Source of the DNA: Candidatus Poribacteria bacterium
Lineage (GTDB): Bacteria; Poribacteria; WGA-4E; WGA-3G
DNA length: 64,000 nt
Direction of reading: 5' to 3'
Assembly: GCA_965205015.1 (NCBI GenBank)
Contig: OZ242029.1
Span: 2,336,001-2,400,000 of the forward strand
The stretch's first letter is position 1. Every line of letters begins with the position of its first letter. The notes under the pieces are model-generated. The model was not told the origin of the DNA, made no database searches, and saw only the letters and a list, made by a program, of their open reading frames with translations. This document shows positions 1 to 10,398 of this stretch, piece by piece. Position numbers and translations under genes: made by a program.

Positions 1-1222
1 TTATTCCCCAGAAGATGCGTCCGCCCTCACCATTAAGAAAGGCAACAGCATATTCATCAGAAGTATTTGTAATTGGGCTAACAGGATTTTTACTTTTGAT
101 TTCCTTAAATTCATAAAAGCGTGTTTCTTCAAAAGGGACAGGTTGCTTCTGGATAAAACGGATTTGGGTCGGTTTGGTTAATTTATCAGCATCAGTCGCA
201 ATTGCTAAGTATTTTTCAGCTATCTGTTTGTTGTCACGTAATTCGGAAAATTGACTTTCTGAGTCAAACGCAATGCCTTTTTCAAAACACTCAAGTGCTT
301 TTTGGTATTGTTTGAGACTGAGAAAAGTCAAACCTCTGTTGTTTAAAACAATTGCCTTGTGGCTTGCATCTTGCACCGCGTCAAGTGCATCATCGAAATT
401 GTTGAGAGCAGCTTGGAATTCTCCAAGATGAAGGAATGCTAAACCATCATCAGATAAGTCAATCGGATTAACATACGTAATCAATTGTCCAGTGCGCCAA
501 TTCTGTGCTAAGTCCTCCTCCACTTTACGGGAGCCAAAAACCCTTGTCCCTGTTGTCTCAACGTACTTTTCGTTGATGGTTGCCAAGCTCACTTGGGTAC
601 TTATCTTGACCAACCGAATTTGGAGTTTGTCGTGAAGAGACATATAAGCGATAGGGTTCATATCAGCAGCAAGCATTTCCGATAATTTCATCATGAATTC
701 GTTATTCAGGTTTTGAAGGAGTTCGTCACGAGTCCAACCAGGAGAATCTAACTGATTCCAATGTGACCAAGATTCGTTAAAAGCTGCTGTGTCACCATGC
801 AAAGCAAAAAACAATGCTGAGGGAGACGCGAGTAGTATTCTTCCGATTTGCTGTTTCTCCCCATCAGTTTGATACACTGAATCAAGGTAGAAACGTCTAA
901 GAACATAGTCAACTAACCGATAGTCAATTCTAGCAAAGTAATACTCAGAAGTAATAAATTGCTCCGTTTCCTCATCATTTTCTTCTTTCTCTGAAAGGAA
1001 CTCTTTAACTAATCGTGCGAAAGTTTCAATATCTTTTCTGAGAACATACTGACTTACCTCATCTTGGCCTACTTTTTCACCAATATTTTCTGAGACGAGT
1101 GCTGTAAGTTGCTCCTCTATAGCTGCCAACAACTCACCAATCTCATTAGCAATTTCGTTTGTAGTCTTGGGAGTGCAATCTAATAAGTGTAAAATAATTT
1201 TTTTCCGGATTAAAGTATCCAT
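1..1222 (-). CDS. wHTH + TPR + Schlafen/AlbA_2 domain protein (3' end outside the window)
   Basis: Not in the ORF track because it has no stop in the window. ATG at 1222 follows GGAGG and the frame is open to the edge. N-term MDTLIRKKIILHLLDCTPKTTNEIANEIG is wHTH-like; TPRs GLAFLHLGEFQAALNNFDDAL and VLNNRGLTFLSLKQYQKALECFEKG; FEETRFYEFKE...AVAFLNGEGGRIFWGI is the AlbA_2 signature. Confidence 0.8.
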   Translation of the reverse strand, partial: MDTLIRKKIILHLLDCTPKTTNEIANEIGELLAAIEEQLTALVSENIGEKVGQDEVSQYVLRKDIETFARLVKEFLSEKEENDEETEQFITSEYYFARIDYRLVDYVLRRFYLDSVYQTDGEKQQIGRILLASPSALFFALHGDTAAFNESWSHWNQLDSPGWTRDELLQNLNNEFMMKLSEMLAADMNPIAYMSLHDKLQIRLVKISTQVSLATINEKYVETTGTRVFGSRKVEEDLAQNWRTGQLITYVNPIDLSDDGLAFLHLGEFQAALNNFDDALDAVQDASHKAIVLNNRGLTFLSLKQYQKALECFEKGIAFDSESQFSELRDNKQIAEKYLAIATDADKLTKPTQIRFIQKQPVPFEETRFYEFKEIKSKNPVSPITNTSDEYAVAFLNGEGGRIFWGI

Positions 1223-1336
1223 CGCATCCTCCATGTTTGGCAATTTGTGAGATGTATTCTATTCTTCTTGTCAATTTCCCGAATCCATACGATATTAGGT
1301 GGAGTCCAACGTTAGTTGTATTGTGGCTTGTATTTC

Positions 1337-3234
1337 TCACTGCTTCAGTCCATCAATACCGATTTCCTCAGATGGCACGGGTTCCATTTCTGGTTTGTTC
1401 ACGAAGTTTAACACCGGGACTGTAAACCTCTCAGCTTTCACGTATACGTTCTTTAGGTCAATATCTCTTGCCAAAACTGAAATTGGATCTTCGTAATTGG
1501 TAATGTTGTTTCTTTGCAGGAAATCCTCGACAACGTTGAATTTTATGGCGAAATTGACGTTTTGATTCCGGACAACATCAGGATTAAGACTACTCACAAC
1601 AACCCCAACCACATTTCCAGCAGAATCCAATACAGGGCCCCCACTGTTCCCTCCTTGGGTTGGTGCAGTGTACTGAAAAAGATTATTGGGTTGGGGATCA
1701 CCTATTGTAGATGTCAGTCCGCTAACAATGCCTGATGTACCATTACCTCTGTATGACAATAGACTACTCAGTGGATAGCCGAACACGGCCACCTCTTCTC
1801 CAAAATCAACCGGATAACTCCTGAATGTCGCAGTATTGGGATTTCCGTGTGGATCAAACAGTAATGCCAAATCAATATCTTCATCCACCGCGATTACTTT
1901 TACGCGGTGGTAAGGAGTGCGTAACTCATCGCATGAATTTATAACGTGAGCATTGGTCAGAATGTGATTTTCGCTGATATAAAACCCTGTGCCAGAGGAA
2001 GCTAGCCGCTTGGGTTTCCAGTTATCAATTTGTTTCTGAATTTCACTTTTCTGTTTTTCAGATAATCTATTTCCAACATTTGATGCTTCTTTAGCTACTT
2101 CGGCAGCAATGTTGTGAAAGTCTGTCTTATCCAAGCCAGGTTGTCCTCAAGTGCTAAGCTATACCAATAATATGCTTCCTCGTCGTCTAGTGGTACCTTT
2201 TCCTGCCCTTTGGTGAAGTTCATGCCAAGATTGGCCTGTGCGATAGCAAAACCTTGCTGAGCAGATGCAAAAGTGAGCCTCCGCGCCATTTCGGGGTTAT
2301 AGGACACACCTTTTCCCTCGTTATACATTTCGGCCAAACCATGTTGGGCCCGCGCCAATTCCTGTTCAGCTGCCATTTGATACCATTTGGCAGCTTCTTT
2401 GAAATTCTGGTTTATGCCATTACCCTTAAGGTAAACGAGACCGAGGCTGAATTGAGATTCAGCAATGCCTTGTTCAGCTGCCATTTGATACCATCTTAAT
2501 GCCTCTTTAAAGTCCCGCTCCACTCCACTTCCGGTAGCATACATTGTGGCGAGATTGTGTTGCGCTGGAGCATAGCCTTTCTTATATGGAGAGCCTTCAC
2601 TAAGATTTGGAGTTGCTGCCTTTGTAAACAATTCCAAGGCCTTTTCAGAGTCTTTCACAACTCCCCACAAGCCAGTTCGGTATATCTCGGCAAGTTCATA
2701 TTGGGCTGGTGGATAATTTTGCTCCACAGCCTTCTCATTCCAGTCTACTATTAGGACGGGTAATTCAATAGCCCTTGTAGCATCCGTAAAGGAAGAAAGA
2801 ACAACACCTAATCTGCACATTAAGGCAGCATTAAATTGTGCAACCGCATTGCCTTGGTTTGCTGCATCGTGGAACCACTTCAAAGCTATTTGGAACCACT
2901 GCAAAACTATTGTTAATATTTCAATTCCGAACTCCTTACTCGAAAGTAATGCATGTGCCCCAATACATTCATACATTACACCGAGATCGTTTTGGGCTAG
3001 AACATAACCTTGTTCGGCAGCTTTTGTATACCATGCGATAGCTTTTTCAAGGTCAGGTCTTACTCCTCTACCGTGCTTGTACATGAAACCGAGGCAGAAT
3101 TGTGCTACGGGATCGTCGTGGACGACTGCCCTTTGTTCAAAATCGTACATTGCCATTTCGTAGTGTCCACGATAGTAAGCTGCGAGGCCTGCATCGTAGT
3201 TTGAAGACTCCTCGGCTGTTGGTGGAATTTCCAT
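1337..3234 (-). pseudogene. Sel1-repeat + trypsin-like (S1C) serine protease, split by an apparent 1-nt deletion near 2133
   Basis: Multiple Sel1 repeats (e.g. AQFCLGFMYKHGRGVRPDLEKAIAWYTKAAEQG) in 2095..3234. Protease motifs GTGF, LTNAHV, DLALL and GNSGGP in 1337..2134. Adding one T at GCT-T(T)G-GAT joins the two frames. Start at ATG 3234 after GGAGG. Confidence 0.75.
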
Positions 3235-3297
3235 TATAATTATTCCTCCGTTGGTTATCAAAATTGAATGTTTGTCTAAACACAAGTTAACACTTGC

Positions 3298-3374
3298 TTA
3301 TAGACATAGCACTCCGCTGGAGTACAAGGGTTTGAATACGCCGTTTTCTATAGACATACCACCCCTCTGGGGTG
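3298..3374 (+). repeat. Tandem pair of REP-like palindromic repeats (CTATAGACAT-N-CYCCNCTGGRG family)
   Basis: ttatagacatagcactccgctggagt and ctatagacataccacccctctggggtg. Reverse-orientation copies occur at 40639-40708 and 56614-56639. Confidence 0.7.
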
Positions 3375-3496
3375 AAGAAAGGTGCTGAAAAAGGGATTCA
3401 AACGATCAGAATTCGTTAGTAGCAAGTTGGGTTAAATAGCGCGGAATGAATCGGAAATTCTTCTGAATAACACCCTGATAATGTCAACAAATATTA

Positions 3497-3525
3497 AGTA
3501 TAGCACACAGCACAAGGAAGGTCAA
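3497..3525 (-). promoter_or_regulatory. sigma70-type promoter for the Sel1/protease gene
   Basis: Minus strand TTGACC-17 nt-TATACT. Confidence 0.55.
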
Positions 3526-4093
3526 ATTTATTTGTTTTTTGCGTCCAATTGGCTGTATTAATGCCCTAATCCCATCCGATATTTGATGTCGTAGTTGATG
3601 ATGAAGTCCAATTCCTCGTCGGTGAAGCCGTAGTGTTTAGCGAGCACGCGGTCGATGTCGTCTATAATGTCTTTACTCAAACGTGGGTAGAACTCTTGAT
3701 AGATAATCTGTCCTGTCCGGGACGAGGTTTGTTCCTTCAGTTGACTGTTTTCTCTGTAATCGACCATCAACTTTTTACATAAAGATTCTAATTCATTGGC
3801 ATGGGTTGCTGATAATTGCGTTAAATTTATTGGAAACTCGTAAAGGACACTTGGAGCCAAATCACGACAGTTTGTCGTAAGTATGTAATACCAATAAAAT
3901 AAGGAACTACTCAAGATCGAGATTCCGATGTTTCTCGCTCTTTCTTCTTGAAAATATAGATGGTTTTCTTTACTCGACATAGATTCCTTGCCGTTTAAAA
4001 CGAACCGGGGTTGGAAGTTCGTGAATATTTTCCAGTATCGTCCGCCACTCGTTCGATAATAAATAGGAGATGAAGACCGCTTTAATAAATGAG

Positions 4094-5448
4094 CTGATAT
4101 TTCTCAAAAGTTGTCCTAAAGCAATAGTTATCAAGGTTCTTTAGGATTAAGTTTATGAAAATGCGTCATGAAATCCATGAGCGTCTGTCTTTCTCCGGTG
4201 AGTTGAAGCTGTATTTGATGAAATGTGCGTCGCTCTGAGATGCTAACTTGAAGCAACATCAGGTAGCTCATGGCTTTTATGCCAAGACTCACATACGCAC
4301 CTTCTCTGCTTTCCAAACTCATCGCGGAGATGTGCAAACTCGATTTCAAATACCGCCAATACTGTTCAATACCATGGTGTTGCGACCAAATCCTCAGTGC
4401 CTCGCAGGTGCGTAGCGGTTTACCAAAGATTAAGAGGGTGCGTATCTTTTTCCGATCCACAAAGAAGATGACGACACACTCGCCAAAAGTTGGGCTTTCC
4501 GCTTTGAGACGACAGACGGGTTTATCACACCCCCATTGATCTTCACGCAACTCTATGTGCTTTTTATGAGCCGAAAGTTTCGCAGTTGTATCGCCTATGG
4601 TCATGACATAGTTGTTTTTTCCGTGAACGAGTATGCAAGCAAACCCTAACTCCGATAAGGCCTCAACGAGTTTACGACTGCCATACCACGAATCGAAGGT
4701 AATCGGATACTTTCTTAGATCAACGCCTTGGGTATCAAAGAAATCTAAGACATCTTTGAGCATCGCTATCGCAAGACTCGGTTTATCTGTATTGCCACGT
4801 CCTTGTTTACTGACAAGACGCGTCTGTAATGGAATCACGCGATCGCCAACTTTTAGTGTGATCCCTAAGACGTTCTGACACCAGATAGAGGTCTTGTGTT
4901 TTTTCGACCACCACTTTGAACAATAAGAGAGCGTCTCTCCGTAGCGAGGTAGATTCGTATCATCAACACTGACGGTAATCCGCCGCCGCGATTGCGTTGA
5001 AGCACTCTTGCTTTCGGCGTCTTTGATGAAATCGACTGCCATCGCACACCCGAGTCGTAGATTCAAAGACTTCGAGTGATAGAAACTCAGAGAACCGAGG
5101 TGCCGATAAAGACCGGCTTTCGGAAGTTCCAAGGCATCGGCAACTTGATTCGGGTTGTAAAGTCCAAAGAGATGACAAACGCAGAGCAGCAGCAGTGTCT
5201 CAACGACTTGACGCTTCATACACTGAAAGGAAGAACAAAGAAGGTCTTGAAAAAAGAGGGTGGATTTGATAAGATGATCACGCATGCGATGGCCTCCTAA
5301 TGACTCAAAGGTGGTTCTCTGAATCCTTAGGATGCCATTTCATGTGCTAAAAATCAAGCACCCTTTTCAAAACCATCGCATTTTCACCTTGCTATACCTG
5401 CTTTCTCTTTGTTATTACTGCCTTCATGATAACTGTGATAAATATCAG
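4094..5448 (-). mobile_element. IS4-superfamily (IS701/ISH3-like) insertion sequence
   Basis: Terminal IRs ctgatatttctcaaaagtt and ctgatatttatcacagtt (reverse complement). 5-bp TSD ATGAG at 4089-4093 and 5449-5453. Confidence 0.85.
4131..5285 (-). CDS. DDE transposase (IS701/ISH3-like)
   Basis: VSVDDT, ITFDSWYGS and WSQHHGIEQYWRYLK catalytic regions, 384 aa, located between the IRs. Confidence 0.85.
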   Translation of the reverse strand: MRDHLIKSTLFFQDLLCSSFQCMKRQVVETLLLLCVCHLFGLYNPNQVADALELPKAGLYRHLGSLSFYHSKSLNLRLGCAMAVDFIKDAESKSASTQSRRRITVSVDDTNLPRYGETLSYCSKWWSKKHKTSIWCQNVLGITLKVGDRVIPLQTRLVSKQGRGNTDKPSLAIAMLKDVLDFFDTQGVDLRKYPITFDSWYGSRKLVEALSELGFACILVHGKNNYVMTIGDTTAKLSAHKKHIELREDQWGCDKPVCRLKAESPTFGECVVIFFVDRKKIRTLLIFGKPLRTCEALRIWSQHHGIEQYWRYLKSSLHISAMSLESREGAYVSLGIKAMSYLMLLQVSISERRTFHQIQLQLTGERQTLMDFMTHFHKLNPKEP

Positions 5449-5508
5449 ATGAGTTTGTAAGTTCCCAACATAAAAAAATAATTTTGCAAGAATACTCGCC
5501 TCGGTATT

Positions 5509-6848
5509 CAGGGTCATTCAATTTTAAGATTCCTCATTTTATGAGGTTAACTGCGAGTATAGGTTTTGCTGCGAGATATTGGAGAGCATCAGTGATTTTT
5601 GTATGTCCGGTGAATCGTAAAACAGAAAGTGCCGTGTTTCGCATGGCTGCCATGACTTGAGGGATCACGCCGGTTCGGACGCATGAGGCATCCTCTCGAA
5701 AGACGGTATCTCGGACCCAATGAAGTTTATTCTCAATCGTCCAATGCTCACGTCGGAGTTTGAGCAAATCCGCTGCCGAGGCACGTTGAGGTGTCAGACT
5801 CGTGATGCCATACTGCACGTGGCACTTGACCTTTTTGGTGTTTTTCTGTTCCTGGTGTGTGATGTATTGATAAACTTGCTGTAGCCCTGGCCAGTCGGAA
5901 TCCTCTCTCAAGAGGGTGCTTGCGGTGAGGGTGCGAGTGGTAATCCTACCTTTTGCGTCTTCTGTGTCTGTATACGTCTGAAGTGTTGCCTCGTTTTCTA
6001 CGTGAAGGTTTTCAAACCGGCGATGCTCGACTTCAGGGGGGTCAGTTTCATCAAAGGGTTCAAAGAGGTCTCGAATATCTTCATATAACTGCTTCTGATT
6101 CGCTTTGACGGGGAGACAATAATCTGCGTGATTTTCAAGAATCTGTTGACAGAACTTACGTTGGCTGAGAAGGGCATCGGTGGTAATCACCAGACCTGCG
6201 ACATCAAAGGCTTTCAGGAGTTCGATGGAAAGTGGGATTTCATTGGTCTTTTCACCCACCGCAGCTTCTGCCACAGGGATGCCTACCTCATGAAAGACGG
6301 CTGCGAGGAGATGTGTCCTGCGGGCATCTTCGCTATGACTGTTGCCTAAGGTTTTGCCATCTATGGCAAGTCCCTTCAAGCCAGACGTGGAAATGGGCAA
6401 ACTGGCTAAAGTCTGTGTTGTCCACTGCGTGAGCGTCTTTTCTACAGCCGTGATGTCCAGACGTTGATAAAGATAATGAAACGTCGATGCTGCCGGGGTT
6501 TGTTTGGCTCTGAACCCCAAGGCGTTTGGCAGGTCTGGGTGGAGGCGTGCCCATTTGGCAATCTGTGTATAGCTGCGTTGTCCACACAAGAGTCCGACAA
6601 CCGTGAGGGCGAGCATCGCGGCTAAGGGGTGGCGGCGTCCTTTTTTCTTGCGTGGATCTGGCACTTTTGCTAACATATCAAGTAAGTGGCAAGAGGAACG
6701 TCTTGTCATGATTCACCTCAAAAACGTGGTAATTTTTAGGGTGAAGTATAGCAGAAGTCGCGTGAAAAGTCACGCGACTTCTGCTTATCTGAAAATATTA
6801 ACACCTGTGAAAAATATGACACCAAAAACCTACAATTGAATGGCCCTG
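5509..6848 (-). mobile_element. ISAs1-family insertion sequence (copy 1)
   Basis: IRs cagggtcattcaatt and cagggccattcaatt (reverse complement). 10-bp TSD CCTCGGTATT at 5499-5508 and 6849-6858. Confidence 0.92.
5534..6709 (-). CDS. ISAs1 family transposase
   Basis: VPDPR..GRRHPL, AIDGKTL, KTNEIP, TTDAL, VKANQ and REHWTIENKLHWVRDTVFRED motifs. Confidence 0.95.
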   Translation of the reverse strand: MTRRSSCHLLDMLAKVPDPRKKKGRRHPLAAMLALTVVGLLCGQRSYTQIAKWARLHPDLPNALGFRAKQTPAASTFHYLYQRLDITAVEKTLTQWTTQTLASLPISTSGLKGLAIDGKTLGNSHSEDARRTHLLAAVFHEVGIPVAEAAVGEKTNEIPLSIELLKAFDVAGLVITTDALLSQRKFCQQILENHADYCLPVKANQKQLYEDIRDLFEPFDETDPPEVEHRRFENLHVENEATLQTYTDTEDAKGRITTRTLTASTLLREDSDWPGLQQVYQYITHQEQKNTKKVKCHVQYGITSLTPQRASAADLLKLRREHWTIENKLHWVRDTVFREDASCVRTGVIPQVMAAMRNTALSVLRFTGHTKITDALQYLAAKPILAVNLIK

Positions 6849-7448
6849 CCTCGGTATTGGAGCAAAGTTTTGGAATAACATGTGGTTTGACTTTCTCCAC
6901 TGCAAAATGGTAAGTAATGCGATGAAAAAGATGAAATCTTTCATCGCTAGTCCACTTCATAAATTCAGTTGTAGCAAGAGCACATTCGCCCTTTCTCCCG
7001 GCTCTGCTTAGTAAAATTGTCAATAGAACATCAGCCCCAGCGAAGAGTTTGCTAGGTCTTTCAGCGAAATTACTTAGCCAAACTAATTTTGATGATCGAA
7101 TAAGTATTTTCTGCATCGTTTCCATTCTCTGAGTACCGACAAGACTTATGGGGACAATAAAGCCAAAACCTCCAGAATTATTCAAAAGCCTCAAACTTCT
7201 TTCACTCGCAAACGCGTAGAGGTTACCACAATCTTCTGTCTCATAATTTTTCACGGCGTAGTCTTTCCTAACCTTTCTATATTCCACATACGGCGGGTTA
7301 CCAATAATCACATCAAAGCCACCGTCCTTCAGAATCCCGTAGAACGCAATGAACCAGTGGAACGGCTTATGTGAAGAAAGCCATGCCTGATAAGCGGGAT
7401 TGGTATCCGCCGAGTCGAGATTTACTTTTTGCTTATCGTTTGTAAAGT

Positions 7449-7459
7449 GGGGGGGGGGG
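7449..7459 (-). repeat. C11 homopolymer (G11 on +) inside the methyltransferase
   Basis: tgtaaagt-G11-ccgc. C9 or C12 would be in frame; C11 is not. Confidence 0.9.
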
Positions 7460-9623
7460 CCGCATTGTATTCGCCAGCAAGGTATTCGTTGAGTTCGTTT
7501 TCTAACGCCCTGAGTTTATCCTGTAAAACTTGTTTGTCTGCTGGGCGCACATCGCCTCCCAATTCCGTCTGCTGCTCCCGAAACAGGAAAGACAACCGCT
7601 CAACATCTTCAACCTTTTCTTCAATGCGCTTCATGGTATCGTCGAAGTCAAATTTACCGGTGACTGCTTCCTTCACCTCATCGTAGGAGGTATAACCGAC
7701 GAGGGTATTTCCTGCCTGAATGTTAAAGTCGATGTCTGGTAGTGGCTCGATCCGTCTCACGTCCTCAAGTTGCGCTACCATTTTTAAGAAAAGGCGCAGT
7801 TTGCAAATCTCAATTGCCTCCTCCATGATGTCTACGCCGTAGAGGTTGTTGATAATGATGGATTTGAGGATGAAGTAACGGTGATTTGGGTGCTGCTTAA
7901 TGTCCTCAAGGATATTGCGGAAGTCGTTATATTTACGAGAGGAGCGTGATTCAGAAATCATTTCTATCTCGTCTAAGAAGACTTGCATCCGATCAAGACA
8001 TGCCTCATAGAGCGGTTCGAGGATATTCAGTGCGGCAAATAGGAATGCCCCGGAACCACAAGTGGGGTCGAGTATTGTCACCTGCGTGATGGATTTCCAG
8101 AAGGCGCGGAGGAGTTCGGGACTTTCACAATTTTCAATAACATCCTGCGCGAATTGACGGATGTTAAGGTTGTAGGTGATTAGATCGTTGATGTCGCGGA
8201 CCTCTCCATTTGCGAGTTTGGCTCGAACGGTCTTGTAACGTTGCCGCCGTGCGACAACCTCTCGCCAGATCTCGGTTGGCAAGGCGTATTCATCGGACGC
8301 GAGTGTGTTCCAGCAATCGTTACGTTTGGAGACATCGTCGATTCCAGCAGCGATTTCCTCTGGCAAATCTAATTTGACCCCTTTTTTTACGGCATCGTAG
8401 ATGTAACGGTCAGGATCTTCTTGTAGGGGTTTCCAGACAGACGGGTTGCCTTCAAACTCGGTTTTGCATGCCTTTCGCGCCTTGTCAAAGAGGCATGGGA
8501 TGATGGTATTTTTGCTGATATAGTCCGTGATGTCTTCTTTGGTGTAGTAGGCACCCATCTGCTTCTGGTTGATGTATTTCTCAAAGATGTAACCGAGGAC
8601 ATCAGGGTTAATCTCGTTATCGTTCCGTAGCGGACGATCGTCGAGATGCCACTGGTATTGCTCAAAGAACTTGAAAAGTTGTTCAAATGCTTTGTCAGGA
8701 ATCTCAATGTTTTCACCGTGGAGTGTTTCAAGGTGGTGTTTCTGAAAGATGCCCCCGTTGAGATAGGGGATTTTACCGAGCAGACGTTTCACCTCTCTGC
8801 TCCGTTCGTTTTCCGGTTTCGCGAATCCGTCAAAGAAAAGCGGACAGAGGAATCCTTTGTAATATCGGTCAGTGTTCTGTGTCAACTTGTTGCGCAGATA
8901 GTTTGGATCGTCATCAAGGAAGCCTTTCTTCTGGATGAAGTAGATGAACATCAAGCGATTAAGCATGACGGAGGCGTACCAGCGTTGCATTTCTTCATCG
9001 GGAATGCCGTTGAGGAATTTGAGGAATGCAGTATGCTCTCTTTTGAAATGGTCATAGAATTTTTTGGTAACCCTTTCAATGTCAAAACTTACCCGAACAC
9101 GGCTCGTTACATCGAACAGTGTAAGTTGCCCTTCCTCCTCAAAACTAAAGGCAATGGCTTCAAGTTTTTGGATCAGCAAGTCACCGGGTTGTGTTGTATG
9201 ATACCGATGTTCACGACACGCTGTGGGTTTTCCGTGCTCTCGCCTTACCCACTGCCAGATGTGTGTGTTTTTTGGGGCATCAGTGTAAATGATAAAGTGC
9301 TCGTAAAAAGATTTTGCAACTTCCTTTTGAATCTTGCGGCGAGTCGTGTAATCTGGGATGTGGTCATCAGATGTAGTTGGTGAACACTCAAAGACGACCA
9401 TCCCGCGTTTTTCAGCAATGGCCGTGAGTCGATAGTCGGTTTCGTCTACTGTGATATTGAGTGGTTGGGTGCGATGATAATCCCAACCGAGTTCTTCAAT
9501 AAAGAGGGTTTCAAATTCGGATTCTTTGAGATATTGGCGTGTTTCTCGAAGGTTCAGCATTTATGTTTTCCTGTGAATTCGTGTGGTTTCAAAGCCTAAC
9601 GATCCAATTTGAGTAGATCATGG

Positions 9624-9905
9624 TTAATAGATATCACCACGATTATCAATTTGAACAATGCGAATTACCCGTCTGTCTCTATCAACTCGGTAAACGAAAC
9701 GAATATCCCCGATGCGATAGCGATAACGTTCTTTTGTTCTGCCGCGCAATCGCCTGATTGTCATAGGGTTTTCGTGATGAAAAGGAGAGTGGGTGATATA
9801 TTCAAAAGCGGCATTAATTCGTTCCCGTGTTTTTTGATCTCGCCGCTTAATAAAATTTTCAACCTTTCTTGGAAGAGGCTCAAGCGTGAAGGGCTGGTGA
9901 TTCAC
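9624..9905 (-). CDS. RelE/ParE family toxin
   Basis: 93 aa and basic; IRRLRG...YRYRIGDIRFVYRVD...VQIDNRGDIY. Overlaps the upstream gene by ATGA-type coupling. Confidence 0.85.
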   Translation of the reverse strand: MNHQPFTLEPLPRKVENFIKRRDQKTRERINAAFEYITHSPFHHENPMTIRRLRGRTKERYRYRIGDIRFVYRVDRDRRVIRIVQIDNRGDIY

Positions 9906-10231
9906 AGCCCAATCTCCTTCTTAATCTGAGACCACGGTTTTCCGCCGCCAGCATCTAATTCCTGTTCTGCCTCAGCAATATCTGCCAGGACCTCTGGTTC
10001 TGAATTGATGAGTGCTGTTTCGCGCCAATCCGCAAGAAAAACCGAAAACGTTTCGCGATATTTTTTTTCTTCTGAGGTGTGTGTTAGCAGTTCAAGCAAT
10101 TCCTCGAAAAACTCAACAAGTTCCTCGGGATCCAACCATTTAAGCCACTCAAGGGACTTTGAAATCGGAACAGATTTGACGAACAATTGATCATTCATGA
10201 GGTGTCCAACGACAAGTTTGGGCTTTTTCAT
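9902..10231 (-). CDS. Putative antitoxin
   Basis: 109-aa acidic protein directly upstream of relE. C-term LADIAEAEQELDAGGGKPWSQIKKEIGL is a typical RelB/Phd-like toxin-binding tail. Confidence 0.75.
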   Translation of the reverse strand: MKKPKLVVGHLMNDQLFVKSVPISKSLEWLKWLDPEELVEFFEELLELLTHTSEEKKYRETFSVFLADWRETALINSEPEVLADIAEAEQELDAGGGKPWSQIKKEIGL

Positions 10232-10269
10232 CTGAGGTCTCCATGTGTGTCAGTGTTAGGTTTAGGCAG

Positions 10270-10298
10270 ATTATACACGATGTATTGATGGGATTCAA
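10270..10298 (-). promoter_or_regulatory. sigma70 promoter of the TA operon
   Basis: TTGAAT-17 nt-TATAAT on minus strand; homologous to 14518-14546. Confidence 0.7.
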
Positions 10299-10398
10299 GT
10301 ATCTTTTTAGGTAAACTAAGGTTTTGGATCTAAGAGTCCGGGGCGGTTAGGTGAAAGACCCTACCGGTTCTGGGACGAGTCTATCTTTTTTCGTAGAT

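Larger units (their letters stand above)
3558..9560 (-). pseudogene. Large N6-adenine DNA methyltransferase (Eco57I/type IIG-like, gamma class), interrupted by a poly-C frameshift and two IS elements
   Basis: GAYYT, motif I LDPTCGSGAF, LYGVDI and GNTL in 7422..9560. PFHW...GGFDVIIGNPPY follows the C11 tract. The TRD continues through 5454-5498 and 3558..4093. Removing both IS and one TSD each, and adding one C, gives a single 3294-nt ORF (1097 aa). Confidence 0.85.

Noticed and set aside
1146-1340. 64-aa ORF in the track
   Set aside because: It overlaps the start of the real gene (ATG 1222, GGAGG RBS) in another frame and has no motifs.
8646-9383. 245-aa + strand ORF, and the many other antisense ORFs over nuo, res and catabolic genes
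   Set aside because: These are shadow ORFs opposite well-supported genes, with no recognisable motifs.
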